A DNA stretch of 64,000 bases from Eledone cirrhosa. Taxonomy: Eukaryota. The position numbers and the translations under genes were made by a program. The notes under the pieces were generated by a model. It saw only the letters and a list, made by a program, of their open reading frames with translations. It made no database searches and was not told where the DNA came from. The DNA lies in contig OZ024741.1 of assembly GCA_964016885.1 (NCBI GenBank), positions 314,278,001-314,342,000 on the forward strand, given 5' to 3'. The stretch's first letter is position 1. Each line of letters starts with the position of its first letter. Shown here one piece after another: positions 38,445 through 50,200 of this stretch.

Positions 38445-41282
38445 ACTTACTTACTTGTACTTACTTGTGTCGACATTCACCCTGGACGGGTTTAGTCGGC
38501 TCTTTCCCTTTTCCTGACGGCATACCGAACCATGGCAGCCCACGCCCGACGGTTCCGGGCTAGGTCACTGGAGATAGCGAGCCAGTCACGGTTCCATCGG
38601 CGCAGGCCGACCACCTGCGGACCTGAGAGTTCGGAGAGGTCCTCCTTGATCGTCCTTGCCCAGGTCTTTAGCTTCCCGCCAACGCGCTTGCGCCAGTTAG
38701 CGAGTGGAGGGTGGAGGAGAACATAGCGGATCACCTCACCCTCAGGTCGCCGGGCCGCGTGACCAAACCACCTCAAGCGCCGTTGCAGAAACACTGAAGG
38801 AAGAGGTCGAATGCGGCGGAGACAGTCATTGTCGAAGACCTCCAGCTCTCCTTGATCGACTACCCTCATAGGCCATATTTCATAGCCATAGAGGAGGATA
38901 GTTCGAACGACGGCCTGGTAGATTCACCCTTTGGTCGCCGAGATGATCTCTCTTCTGTCCCACAGACACCGCTGTAGGCGCCCAAATGCGGATCTGGCAG
39001 CACCTACGCGACGCTTGACCTCGGCTGCGCCCTGTCCCGTTGGAACCACTGTTGAACCCAGGTAAACGAAGGACTCCACATCCCCCAGCTCCACGCCCTC
39101 GAGAGATATTGGCTGCCAGGCATCAGGCGAGACCAGTGACGTCATGACCTTCGACTTGGCGGCATTGATTCGTAGACCAACAGCGGCGGCTGCAGTGTGC
39201 ACCCTTTCGAGAGCACCCTGTACATCTGTCCCGTTAGCGCCCATCAGCACGATGTCATCCGCGTAGGCCAGGTCCGTCACCACAACCCTTCTCCCGACCT
39301 CTACGCCCGGGTAATCCCGGAGCGCTGTGTTGAGAGCGTAGTCAATGGCGTAGTTAAAGAGAGTTGGCGATAGCGCACACCCCTGCCGAACACCAGTCCC
39401 AACATCGAACGACTCCGTCTCCCCACCATAGACCCTCACTCGAGCCCGAGTCAACCGGTAGTAGCCTTGTATGAGACGAAGCAACTTCACTGGGATGCCG
39501 TCCGCCTGCATTATACGCCATAGGGCTTCCCGATCTACCGAGTCGAAGGCAGCTGCAAAGTCGATGAAGCAGAGGACGGTAGGCTGTTGATGTGCCCCCC
39601 GTTGTTCCAGGACACGCCGGCGAATGAAGATTTGATCAACGCACCCCCTCCCCGGACGGAAGCCGCCCTGAGAAGGACGGGTACGGACATCACGGATGGC
39701 CTGGAACCTCTTTAGCAGAAGAATTGCGAAGGTCTTGGAAGCAATGTCAATTAAACTGATACCCCTATAGTTGGAACGCAGTTTCCTCTCGCCCTTTTTG
39801 AAGAAGGGTAGGAGAGTTGCCTCGCTCCAGTCACCAGGGCACCGCTCCGTCGCCCACACCGAGGAGAAGACTCGATGGAGCCAAGCTGCGAAGACATCAG
39901 GCTTGGCCTTGTAGACCTCAGCTGGAACGCCATCCTCGCCCGGCGCCTTGTTCCGGAGATGTGTCAGGACACCACGTACCTCCTCGACCGTTGGAGGAGC
40001 AGTGCTGCACCCGTATTCCTCTCCGGAAGGCTGCACGTATGTTGGCGTGGATGGTGGCGGGTGGTTGAGCAGCTCGGAGAAATGGTCCCGCCATCGGACT
40101 AGCCGGTCATTAAGATTGGTAATGACTGCCCCGTTCCGATCACGGATCATCTCGCTGATACCCGTATTGCTTCGGCTGGCTCGCTTCACCAGTTGGTAGA
40201 GCTTGCGCGATTCACTACAGGCTGCTGCCCTCTCCATCTGCTCCGCAAACTCGCGCCAGTGTGCATTCCGATCAGCCCGAATAGCCCGAGATGTGCGACG
40301 CCGGAGATCTCGAAGATTGGGTGCACCCTCGAGTCGGCCACTCTCACCCTCTCCGCGAGTTCAAGAGCGCCGCTGGAGATCCAGTCCCGATGGTGTCTTC
40401 GGGTTGACCCGAAATGCTCCCTGGCCACCTCAACCGTGGCCGACCTGAATGCGTTCCACTCCTGCTCTGGTTGCTGTTCCACTTCGTTACTCAGCATTTG
40501 GAATCGGTTTCGCAGCTCTAACCGGAAAGCATTTCCAACATCGAGCTTGAGTCGCGAGATGTCGATCCTTTTCTGGCGGTTTGGAGGAGGTTTCGCCCGC
40601 AGCCGCAGACGAAGGGTTGCTCGAACAAGACTATGGCCTGAGCCATGCTCACTGCCCGTATCAGCCCCCCTATACGCACGCGAGTCCATTACTGAGCTGG
40701 CCCACCGAGATCTGACCAGGATGTAGTCAATCTGATTGGCTGTTCTTTTGTCATTGGATCGCCACGTGACGAGGTGACGGCGAGGATGTTGGAACCGGTG
40801 TTGGTGACGATAAGTCGACTGGCATCCGCGAAGGACACGAGCCGTCAACCATTGTCATAGCGTACGCCTAGGGCGAAGCGTCCTAGAATATGCCGTGTTG
40901 TATCATCAGCCGGCCCCGTCCGCGCATTCCAGTCCCCAGCGACAATAAGAACATCACTGGAGAGGACGCCATCCACGGTTGTTTGGAGATCGGCATAGAA
41001 CTGCGTCTTGTCCGCCTCGTCCGCATTGAGTGTGGGAGCGTAGACGGCAATTACGCTGATGTTGGAGATTTGACCCTTCAATCGAACCAGCGCGAGTCGG
41101 TGTGTGATCGGCTGCCACGCCAGCATAGCCCCTTGCGCGTCGGGGCCGAGCGCTACAGCAACGCCGTGAAGGTCACTGTTGTCAGTCACGCCACTATGGT
41201 TCAAGTGGTAGGAGATGTCCTCGCCAGGAACTTTAATCGGAAGATGACCAACATCGGGAAGTCGAACTTCTGAAAGGCAAGC
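38445..41282 (-). mobile_element. RTE-clade non-LTR retrotransposon, 5'-truncated within the APE endonuclease, decayed
   Basis: Minus strand starts ACLSEVR, then shows EN motifs VYAPT, AGDWNA and NQIDYIL, RT motifs KAPGEDG, NYRGISL, FIDFAAAFDSV, GVRQGCALSP and LAYADD (YADD at 39254-39265), and C-terminal RRLRWFGH. 3' tail of (GTAA)/(GTACAA) repeats. 12-bp TSD GTTTTTTTATTT at 38433-38444 and 41283-41294. Confidence 0.95.
38924..40237 (-). pseudogene. RT domain (longest intact frame, 437 aa) of the RTE ORF; the ancestral EN-RT ORF (~38477-41282) is broken by stops and frameshifts
   Basis: ORF-track fragments 40845-41204, 40186-40848, 38924-40237 and 38492-38869 are consecutive pieces of one EN-RT polyprotein. 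Confidence 0.9.
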
Positions 41283-44200
41283 GTTTTTTTATTTGGGGTC
41301 TATCCGTTTTTTATTTGGGGGGACCCGTTTATTATTTTGTGGGGATACCTTTTTTATTTGGGAGATCCGTTTTGTATTTGTGGGGATCCGTTTTTATTTG
41401 GGGCGGGTGCGTTTTTTTATTTGGGCGGGACCCAATTTTTATTTGGGGGTCAATTTTTTATTTGGGGGGAATATGTTTTTTATTTGGAGGGATATATTTT
41501 TTATTTTGGGGTTATCGGTTTTTTATATGGGGTGTCCGTTTTTTATTTGGGGGTCCGTTTTTTGTTTAGGGTTATCCTTTTTTTATTTGGGGCGGGTTCG
41601 TTATTTATATGCGGGATGGGTTTTTTATTTGGGGGGTTCCGTTTTTTATTTGCGGGGTGGATACGTTTGTAATTCGGGGGATCCTTTATTATTTTGGGGT
41701 CCGTTTATTATAGGGGGGGTGGCGTTTTTTATTTGGGTGGTCCGTTTTTTATCCTGGCGGATCCGCTTTTTATTTGAGGTGGATCCGTTTTTTATTTTGG
41801 GGGTGTGTTTTTTTTTGGGGGGGTGGGGGCTCTTTTTTTCATTTGGGTGTGTCCGTTTGTTTATTTGGGCGGGACGAGCTTTCTATTTGGAGTCGGTTGT
41901 TTTATTTGGGGGGTTCGTTTTTTCTTTGGTGATCCGTTTATTTATTTGGGGGATACGATTTTTTTATATGGTGTGGGGGCGGGAGTATCCGTTTTTTATT
42001 TGGAGGTTCTGTTTTATATTTGGGGTAGCCGTTTTTTATTTTGAGGGGATACGTTTTTTATTTGGGGGATCCATTTTTATTTGCGGTCCGTTTTTTATTT
42101 GGGGGGATCCGTTTTTTATTTGGGGGGATATGTTTCTTATTTGGAGGGATCTGTTTTTTATTTGGGTGGGATCCGTTTTTTACTTTGGGTAATCGGTTTT
42201 TTATATGAAGGGTAACCGTTTTTTATTTTGGGTGTCTGTTTTTTGTTTGGGGGCACCGTATTTCATTTGCCGGGGTCCGTTTGTTTATTTGGGCGGGACA
42301 CGTTTCTATTTGTGGGTGGTTTATTTTTATTTGGGGGTCCGTTTTTTGTTTAGGGGTCCATTTTATTATTTGGTGGGTCCGTTTTTCTTTGTGGTGTATC
42401 CGTTTTTTATTTGGAGGGATCTGTTTTTTATTTTGAGGAGATACTTTTTTTATTTGGGGATCCGTTTTTTATTTGGGGGGATCCGTTATTCATTTAGGGG
42501 GTCCGTTTTTCATTTGGGCGGCACCCATTTTTCATTTGGGGTTCATTTTCTATTTGGGGGAAATATGTTTTTTATTTGGAGGGATCTATTTGTCATTTTG
42601 GGAGGGTCCATTCTTTATTTAGGGATCCGCTTTCTGTTTAGGGGGTCCGTTTTATTTTTTGGAGCGGGTACGTTATTTATATGCGGGTGGGTCTTTTTAT
42701 TTGGGGTGTTCCGTTTTTTTATTTGGGGGATGCAGTTTTTATTTTGGGACTCTTTTTTTATTCGTTTGTGTGTGTGTGGGGGGAGGTGGGGGGTTCATTC
42801 GGAGAGGATCCGTTTATTATTTGTGGGCGATCCGTATTTTATTTTGGGTGTCTGCGTTTTATTTGCGGGTTCGTTTATTATAGGGGGTGGTCCGTTTTTT
42901 ATTTGGAGGGGATCCGTTTTTTATTTGGGTGGTCCGTTTTTTATTCTGGCGGATCTGTTTATTTATTTGAGGGGGATGCGTTTTTTATTTTAGGGGTTTG
43001 GTTTTTTGTTTGGGCGGTCCGTTTTTCATTTGGGTGTGTCCGTTTGTTTATTTGGGCGGGACCCGTTTTGTATTTGGTGGTCGGTTTTTTTATTTGGGGG
43101 ATCCGTTTTTTCTTTGGGGATCCGTTTATTTATTTGGTGGGTCCGTTTTTTCTTTGAACTCCATTTTTTTTATTTTTGGGGGGTATCCGTTTTTTATTTT
43201 GAGGAATCTGTTTTTTATTTGGGGTGATCCGTTTTTTATCTTGAGGGGATACGTTTTTTATTTGGGCGATCCATTTTTTATTTGGGGGTCCGTTTTTTAC
43301 TTGGCAGGGTTATGTTTTTTATGTGGAGGGATCTGTTTTCCATGTGGGTGGGATCCTTTTTTTACTTTGGGTGATCGGTTTTTTAAATGGAGGGTCCGTT
43401 TTTTATTCGGCGGTATCCGTTTTTTATTTGAGTGGGATCTGTTTTTTATTTTGAGGGTCTGCTTTTTGTTTGGGGACCCGTATTTCATTTGGGGAGTTCC
43501 GTTTGTTTATTTCGGCGGGACACGTTTCAATTTGGGGATGGTTTTTTTATTTGGGGGTCAGTTTTTTTATTCGGGGGTTCCGTTTTTTCTTTGGGGCTAT
43601 GTTTTTTTCTTTGGGGTGTATCCGTTTTTTATTTGGAAGGAGCCGTTTTTTTATTTTGAGGGGATACGTTTTTCATTTGGGGATTTCGTTTTTTATTTGG
43701 AGGAATAGGTTTTTTATCTGGGGGATCCGTTTTTTATTTGGAGGGGATCCGTCTTTTATTAGGGTGATCCATTTTTTATTTAGGGTCGTTTTTTTTATTT
43801 GGGAGTCCGTTTTTTCTTTGGGGTACGTTGTTTTTTTCTTTGGGGTGTATCCGTTTTTTATTTGGAGGGATCCTTTTTTTTATTTTGAGGGGATAGATTT
43901 TTTATTTGGGGGATCCATTTTTTATTTTGGCGCTATGTTTTTTTCTTTGGGTGTATCCGTTTTTCATTTAGAGGGATCCTTTTTTTATTTGGGAGGATCC
44001 GTTTTCAATTTTGGGGTACCGTTTTTTATTTGGGAGGGATCCGTTTTTATTTGGGGATCCGTCTTTTATCTGGGGGCGATCCGTTTTTTATTTGGGGTTT
44101 CCGCGTTTTATTTGCGGATTCGTTTATTATATGGGAGAAGGGTCCGATTTTATATGGAGAGAATACATTTTTTATTTGGGGCTCCGTTTTTTATTCTCGC

Positions 44201-47200
44201 GGATCTGTTTCTTATTAGGGAGGATCTGTTCTTTATTTTGGCGGTCTGTTTTTTGTTTGGCGGGTCCGTTTTTCATTTGGGTGTGTCCGATTGTTTATTT
44301 GGGCGGGATCCGTTTTGTATTTGGTGGTTCGTTTTTTTATTTGGGGGATCCGTTTTTTCTTTGGGGATCCATTTATTTATTTGGTGGGTCCATTTTTTCT
44401 TTGAACTCGGCTTTTTTTATTTTTGGGGAGTATCTGTTTTTTATTTGGAGAGATATGTTTTTTATTTGGGGGAGGGGTCCGTTTTTTATTTGGGGAGATC
44501 CGTTTTGTATTTCGGAGGGTTATGTTTTTTATGTGGAGGGATCTGTTTTCCATTTGGGTGGGATCCTTTTTTTACTTTGGGCGATCGGTTTTTTAAATGG
44601 GGCGTCCGTTTTTTATTCAGGTGTATCCGTTTTTTATTTGATTGGAATCCGTTTTTTAATTTGGGGGTCTTTTTTGTTTGGGGATCCGTATTTCATGGGG
44701 GGGGGGCCGTTTGTTTATTTGGCCGGGAAACGTTTCCATTTGGGGGTCCGTTTCTTATTTGGGAGGATCTGTTTTTTTATTTGGGGTGGATATGTTTTTT
44801 ATTTGGAGGGATCTGTTTTCTATTTGGTTGGGATCTATATTACTTTGGGTGATTAGGTTTTTATATGGGGTGTGGGGAGGAGGTCCGTTTTTTATTCGAG
44901 GGTAACCGTTTTCAATTTGAGTGATTCCGTTTTTTTTATTTTGGGTGTCTCTTCTTTGTTTGGGATGTCCGTATTTCATTTGGGGGGCGGTCCGTTTGTT
45001 TATTTCGGCGGGACACGTTTCTATTTGGGGGTCGGTTTCTTATTTTTTTTTTTGGGGGGGGGGTTATTTGGGGGTCGGTATTTTATTTGGGGGGGTTCGT
45101 TTTTTCTTTGGGGTGTATCCGTTTTTTATTTGGAAGGATCCGTTTTTTTATTTTGAGGGGATACGTTTTTTATTTGGGGGATTCGTTTTTTATTTGTGGG
45201 GATAGGTTTCTTATTTGGGAGTTCCGTTTATATTTGGAGGGGATCCGTCTTTTATTAGGGGGATCCATTTTTATTTGGGGTCGGTTTTTTTATTTGGGAG
45301 TCCTTGTTTTCTTTGGTGTTACGTTGTTTTTCTTTGGGGTGTATAAGTTTTTATTTGGAGGGATCCGTTTTTTATTTAGTGAGGGTAGGTTTTTTATTTG
45401 GGGAATCCGTTTTTTATTTTGGGGCTGTTTTTTTCTTTGGGTGTATACGTTTTTTATTTCGAGGGATCCGTTTTTTATTTGGTGGGATCCGTTTTTAATT
45501 TTGGGGTACCGTTTTTTATTTGGGAGGGATCCGTTTTTATTTGAGGGTCCGCCTTTTATTTGGGGGCGATCCGTTTTTTATTTGTGGTTTCCGCGTTTTA
45601 TTTGCGGATTCGTTTATTATATGGGGGTGGTCCGTGTTTTATTTGGAGGGGATCCCTTTTTTATTTGGGTGGTCCGTTTTTTATTCTGGCGGATCTGTTT
45701 TTTATTTGGGTGGGATCCTTTTTTTACTTTGGGTGATTGGTTTTTATATGGGTGTGTGTGTGTGGGGGGGGGGGGGGGGCATTTCTTATTCGAGGGTACC
45801 CGTTTTCAATTTGAGTGGGATCCGTTTTTTATTTTGGGTGTCTGTTCTTTGTTTGGGAGGTCCGTATTTCATTTGGGGGGCGGTCCGTTTGTTTATTTCG
45901 GCTGGACACGTTTCTATTTGGGGGGCGGTTTCTTATTTGTGTGTGTGTGGGGGGGGGGGGGTTATATGGTGGTCGGTATTTTATTTGGGGGGTTCGTTTT
46001 TTCTTTGGGGCTATGTTTTTTTCTTTGGGGTGTATCCGTTTTTTATTTGGAAGGATCCGTTTTTTATTTTGAGGGGATAGGTTTTTTATTTGGGGGATTC
46101 GTTTTTTTATTTGGGGGGATAGGTTTTTTATTTGGGAGTTCCGTTTATATTTGGAGGGGATCCGTCTTTTATTAGGGGGATCCATTTTTATTTGGTGTCG
46201 GTTTTTTTATTTGGGAGTCCTTGTTTTCTTTGGTGTTACGTTGTTTTTTCTTTGGGGTGTATAAGTTTTTATTTGGAGGGATCCGTTTTTTATTTAGTGA
46301 GGGTAGGCATTTTATTTGGGGAATCCGTTTTTTATTTTGGGGCTGTTTTTTTCTTTAGGTGTATACGTTTTTTATTTCGAGGGATCCATTTTTTATTTGG
46401 TGGGATCCGTTTTTAATTTTGGGGTACCGATTTTTATTTGGGAGGGATCCGTTTTTATTTGAGGGTCCGCCTTTTATTTGGGGTCGATCCGTTTTTTATT
46501 AGTGGTTTCCGCGTTTTATTTGCGGATTCGTTTAATATAGGGGGTGGTCCGTTTTTTATTTGGAGGGGATCCCTTTTTTATTTGGGTGGTCCGTTTTTTA
46601 TTCTGGCCGATCTGTTTTTTATTTGGGGGGGATATGTTTTTTATTTGGAGGATTCTGTTTTCTATTTGGGTGGGATCCTTTTTTTACTTTGGGCAATTGG
46701 GTTTTTATATGGGTTTGTGGTGGTGGTGGGGTGGGGGTGGGGGGGGGGGCGCATTTCTTATTCGAGGGTACCCGTTTTCAATTTGAGTGGGATCCGCTTT
46801 TTATTTTGGGTGTCTGTTCTTTGTTTGGGAGGTCCGTATTTCATTTGTGGGGCGGTCCGTTTGTTTATTTCGGTGGGACAGTTTTTTTTTGGGGGGGGGG
46901 GGCAGGGGGGGGGGGCGTTTTTTCTTTGGGGGTCCGTTTTTATTTGAGGGTGGTCCGTTATTTATTCTGGTGGATCTTTTATTTGAGGGGTATCTGTTCT
47001 TTATATTGGCGGTTTGTTTTTTGTTTGGCGGGTCCTTTTTTCATTTGGGTGTGTCCGTTTGTTTATTTGGGCTGGACCCGTTTCGTATTTGGTGGTCGGT
47101 TTTTTTATTTGTGGGATCCGTTTATTTATTTGGTGGGTCCGTTTTTTCTTTGAACTCGGTTTTTTTATTTTGGGGGGTATCCGTTTTTTATTTGGGGGGA

Positions 47201-50200
47201 TCTGTTTTTTATTGGGGGGGGGGGGGTCGTTTTTTATTTGAGGTGATCCGTGTTTTTATTTGGGAGGGATATGTTTTTTATGTGGTTGGGATCTTTTTTT
47301 TACTTTGGGTGATCGTTTCTTTATATGGGGGGCCGGAGGGGTCCGCTTTTTATTCAGAGGTATCCGTTTTTTATTTGAGTGGGATCCATTTTTTATTTTG
47401 GGCGTACCGTTTTTATTTGGGGGTCCGTTCTTTATTTGGGGCGAACCGTTTTTTATTTGGGGGCTCCGTTTTTTCTTTGGGGCTACGTGATTTATTCCTT
47501 GGGGTGTATCCATTTTTTATTTGGAGGGATCCGTTTTTTATTTGAGGGGCGTCCGTTTTTTATTTGGAGAGGATCCGTTTTTTATTTGGGTGGTCCGTTT
47601 TTTATTCTGGCGGATCTGTTTTTTATTTGAGGGGGATCTGTTCTTTATGTTGGAGGTCTGTTTTTTGTCTGGGCGGTCCGTTTTTCATTTGGGTGTGCTC
47701 GTTTGTTTATTTGGGCGGTACCGATTTTTTCTTTGAACTCGGTTTTTTATTTTTTGGGTGAATCCGTTTTTTATTTGGGGGGGGGGGGTTATTTGGGGGT
47801 ATCCGTTTGATTATTTGGGCGGGACACGTTTCTATTTGGGGTCGGTTTTTTATTTGGGGGGTCCATTTTTTCTTTGAGGTCCGTTTTTTTTATTTGGGGG
47901 CTCCGTTTTTTCTTTGGGGCTATGTTTTTTTCTTTGGGTGTATCCGTTTTTTATTTGGTGGGATCCGTTTTTTTATTTTGAGGGATTACGTTTATTATTT
48001 GGGGGATCCCTTTTTTTTATTGGGGGGATCCGTTTTTAATTTGGGGGTCGCTTTTTTATTTGAGGGGGGGTCGGGTTTTTTTATTTGGGGGTTTCGTTTT
48101 TTCTTTGGGGCTATGTATTTTCTTTGGGGTGTATCCGTTTTTTATTTGGAAGAATCCGTTTTTTATTTTGAGGGGATACGTTTTTTATTTGGGGGATTCG
48201 TTTTTCATTTGGGGGGATAGGTTTTTTATTTGGGGGTTCCGTTTTTTATTTTGAGTGTATCCTCCGTCTTTTATTAGGGGGATCCATTTTTTATTTTGGG
48301 TCCGTTCTTTTATTTGGGGGTCCGTTTTTTCTTTGGGGCTACGTTGTTGTTTTTCTTTGGGGGTGTATACGATTTTTATTTGGAGGGATCCGTTTTTTAT
48401 TTTGAGGGTTAATTTTTTTATTTAGGGGGTCCGTTTTTTCTTTGGGGCTATGTTTTTTTCTTGGGTGTATCCGTTTTTTTTTTGAGGGATCCGTTTATTA
48501 TTTGGGGGGATCCGTTTTTAATTTTGGTGTACCGTTTTTTATATGGGAGGGATCTGTTTTTAATTGGGGGTCCGTTTTTTATTTGGGAGCGATCCGTTTT
48601 TTATTTTGGGTTTCCGCGTTTTATTTGTGGATTCGTTTATTATATGGGGGGTGGGGGTGCGTTTTTTATTTGGAGGGGATCCGTTTTTTATTTGGGTGGT
48701 CCGTTTTTTTATTCTGGCGTATCTGTTTTTTATTTGGGAGGATCCGTTTTTTATTTGGGGAGATATGTTTTTTATTTGGAGGGATCTGTTTTCTATTTGG
48801 GTGGGATCCTTTTTTTAATTTGGTTGATCGGGTTTTTATATGGGGTATGTGTGTGTGTGGGGGGGGGGTCCGTTTTTTATTCGAGGGTATCCGTTTTCAA
48901 TTTGACTGGGATCCGTTCTTAATTTTGGGTGTCTGTTCTTTGTTTGGGAGGTCCGTATTTTATTTAGGGGCGTCCGTTTGTTTATTTCGGCGGGACACAT
49001 TTCTATTTGGGGGTCCGTTTTTTCTTGGGGGTAGGGGGTTCGTTTTTACTTTGGGGTCCGTTTTTTCTTTGGGGGACCGTTCTTTTATTAGAGGGGTCCG
49101 TTTTTTCTTTGGGGCTCCGTTGTTTTTATTTTTGGGGTGTATCCGTTTTTTATTTGTGGATCTGTTTTTTTTATTTGTGTGGGGATCGTTTTTTATTTGG
49201 GGTAATCGGTTTTTTTATTTGGGAGGGATATGTTTTTTATGTGGAGGGATCTGTTTTCTATTTGGTTGGGATCCTTTTTGTTACTTTGGGTGATCGGTTC
49301 TTTATATGGGGGAGGGGGGTCCGTTTTTTATTCGGAGGTATCGTTTTTTATTTTATTTTGGGCGTACCGGTTTTATTTGGGGGTCCGTTTTTTATTTGGA
49401 GGCCGATCCGTTTTTTTATTTGGGGTTTCCGCGTTTTATTTGCGGATTCGTTTATTATATGGGGGGGGGGGGGGTTATTTGGAGGGAATCCGTTTTTTAT
49501 TTGGGTGGTTCGATTTTTATTCTGGCGGATTCGTTTTTTATTTTGGGTGTTCGTTCTTTGTTTGTTAGGTCCGTATTTCATTTTGGGGACGGTCTGTTTA
49601 GCGGGACACTTTTCTATTTGGAAGTCGGCTTTTTCTTGGGGGGGGGGGGCGTTTTTTCTTTGGCGGTCCGTTTTTTTTATTTGGGGGGTCCGTTTTTTCT
49701 TTGGGGCTACGTTGATTATTTTCTTTGGTGTGTATCCATTTTTTATTTGGAGGGATCCATCTTTTATTAGGGGGATCCATTTTTATTTGGGGTCGTTTTT
49801 TTTATTTGGAAGTCCGTGTTTTCTTTGGTGCTACGTTGTTTTTTCTTTGGGGTGTATCCATTTTTTATTTGGAGGCATCCGTTTTTTATTTGAAGAGGGT
49901 CCGCTTTTTATTTGGAGAGGATCCGTTTTTTATTTGGGTGGTCCGTTTTTTGTCTGCGCGGTCCGTTTTTCATTTGGGTGTTTCGTTTGTTTATTTGGGC
50001 GGGACCCGTTTTGTATTTGGTGGTGCATTTTTTATTTGGGGATCCGTTTTTTCTTTGGGCGTCCGTTTATTTATTTGGTGGGTCCGTTTTTTCTTTGAAC
50101 TCGGTTTTTTTATTTGTAGGGATCTGTTTTTTATTTGGAGGGGTCCGTTTTTTATTTGGGTGTATCCGTTTGTTTATTTGGGCGGGACACGTTTCTATTT

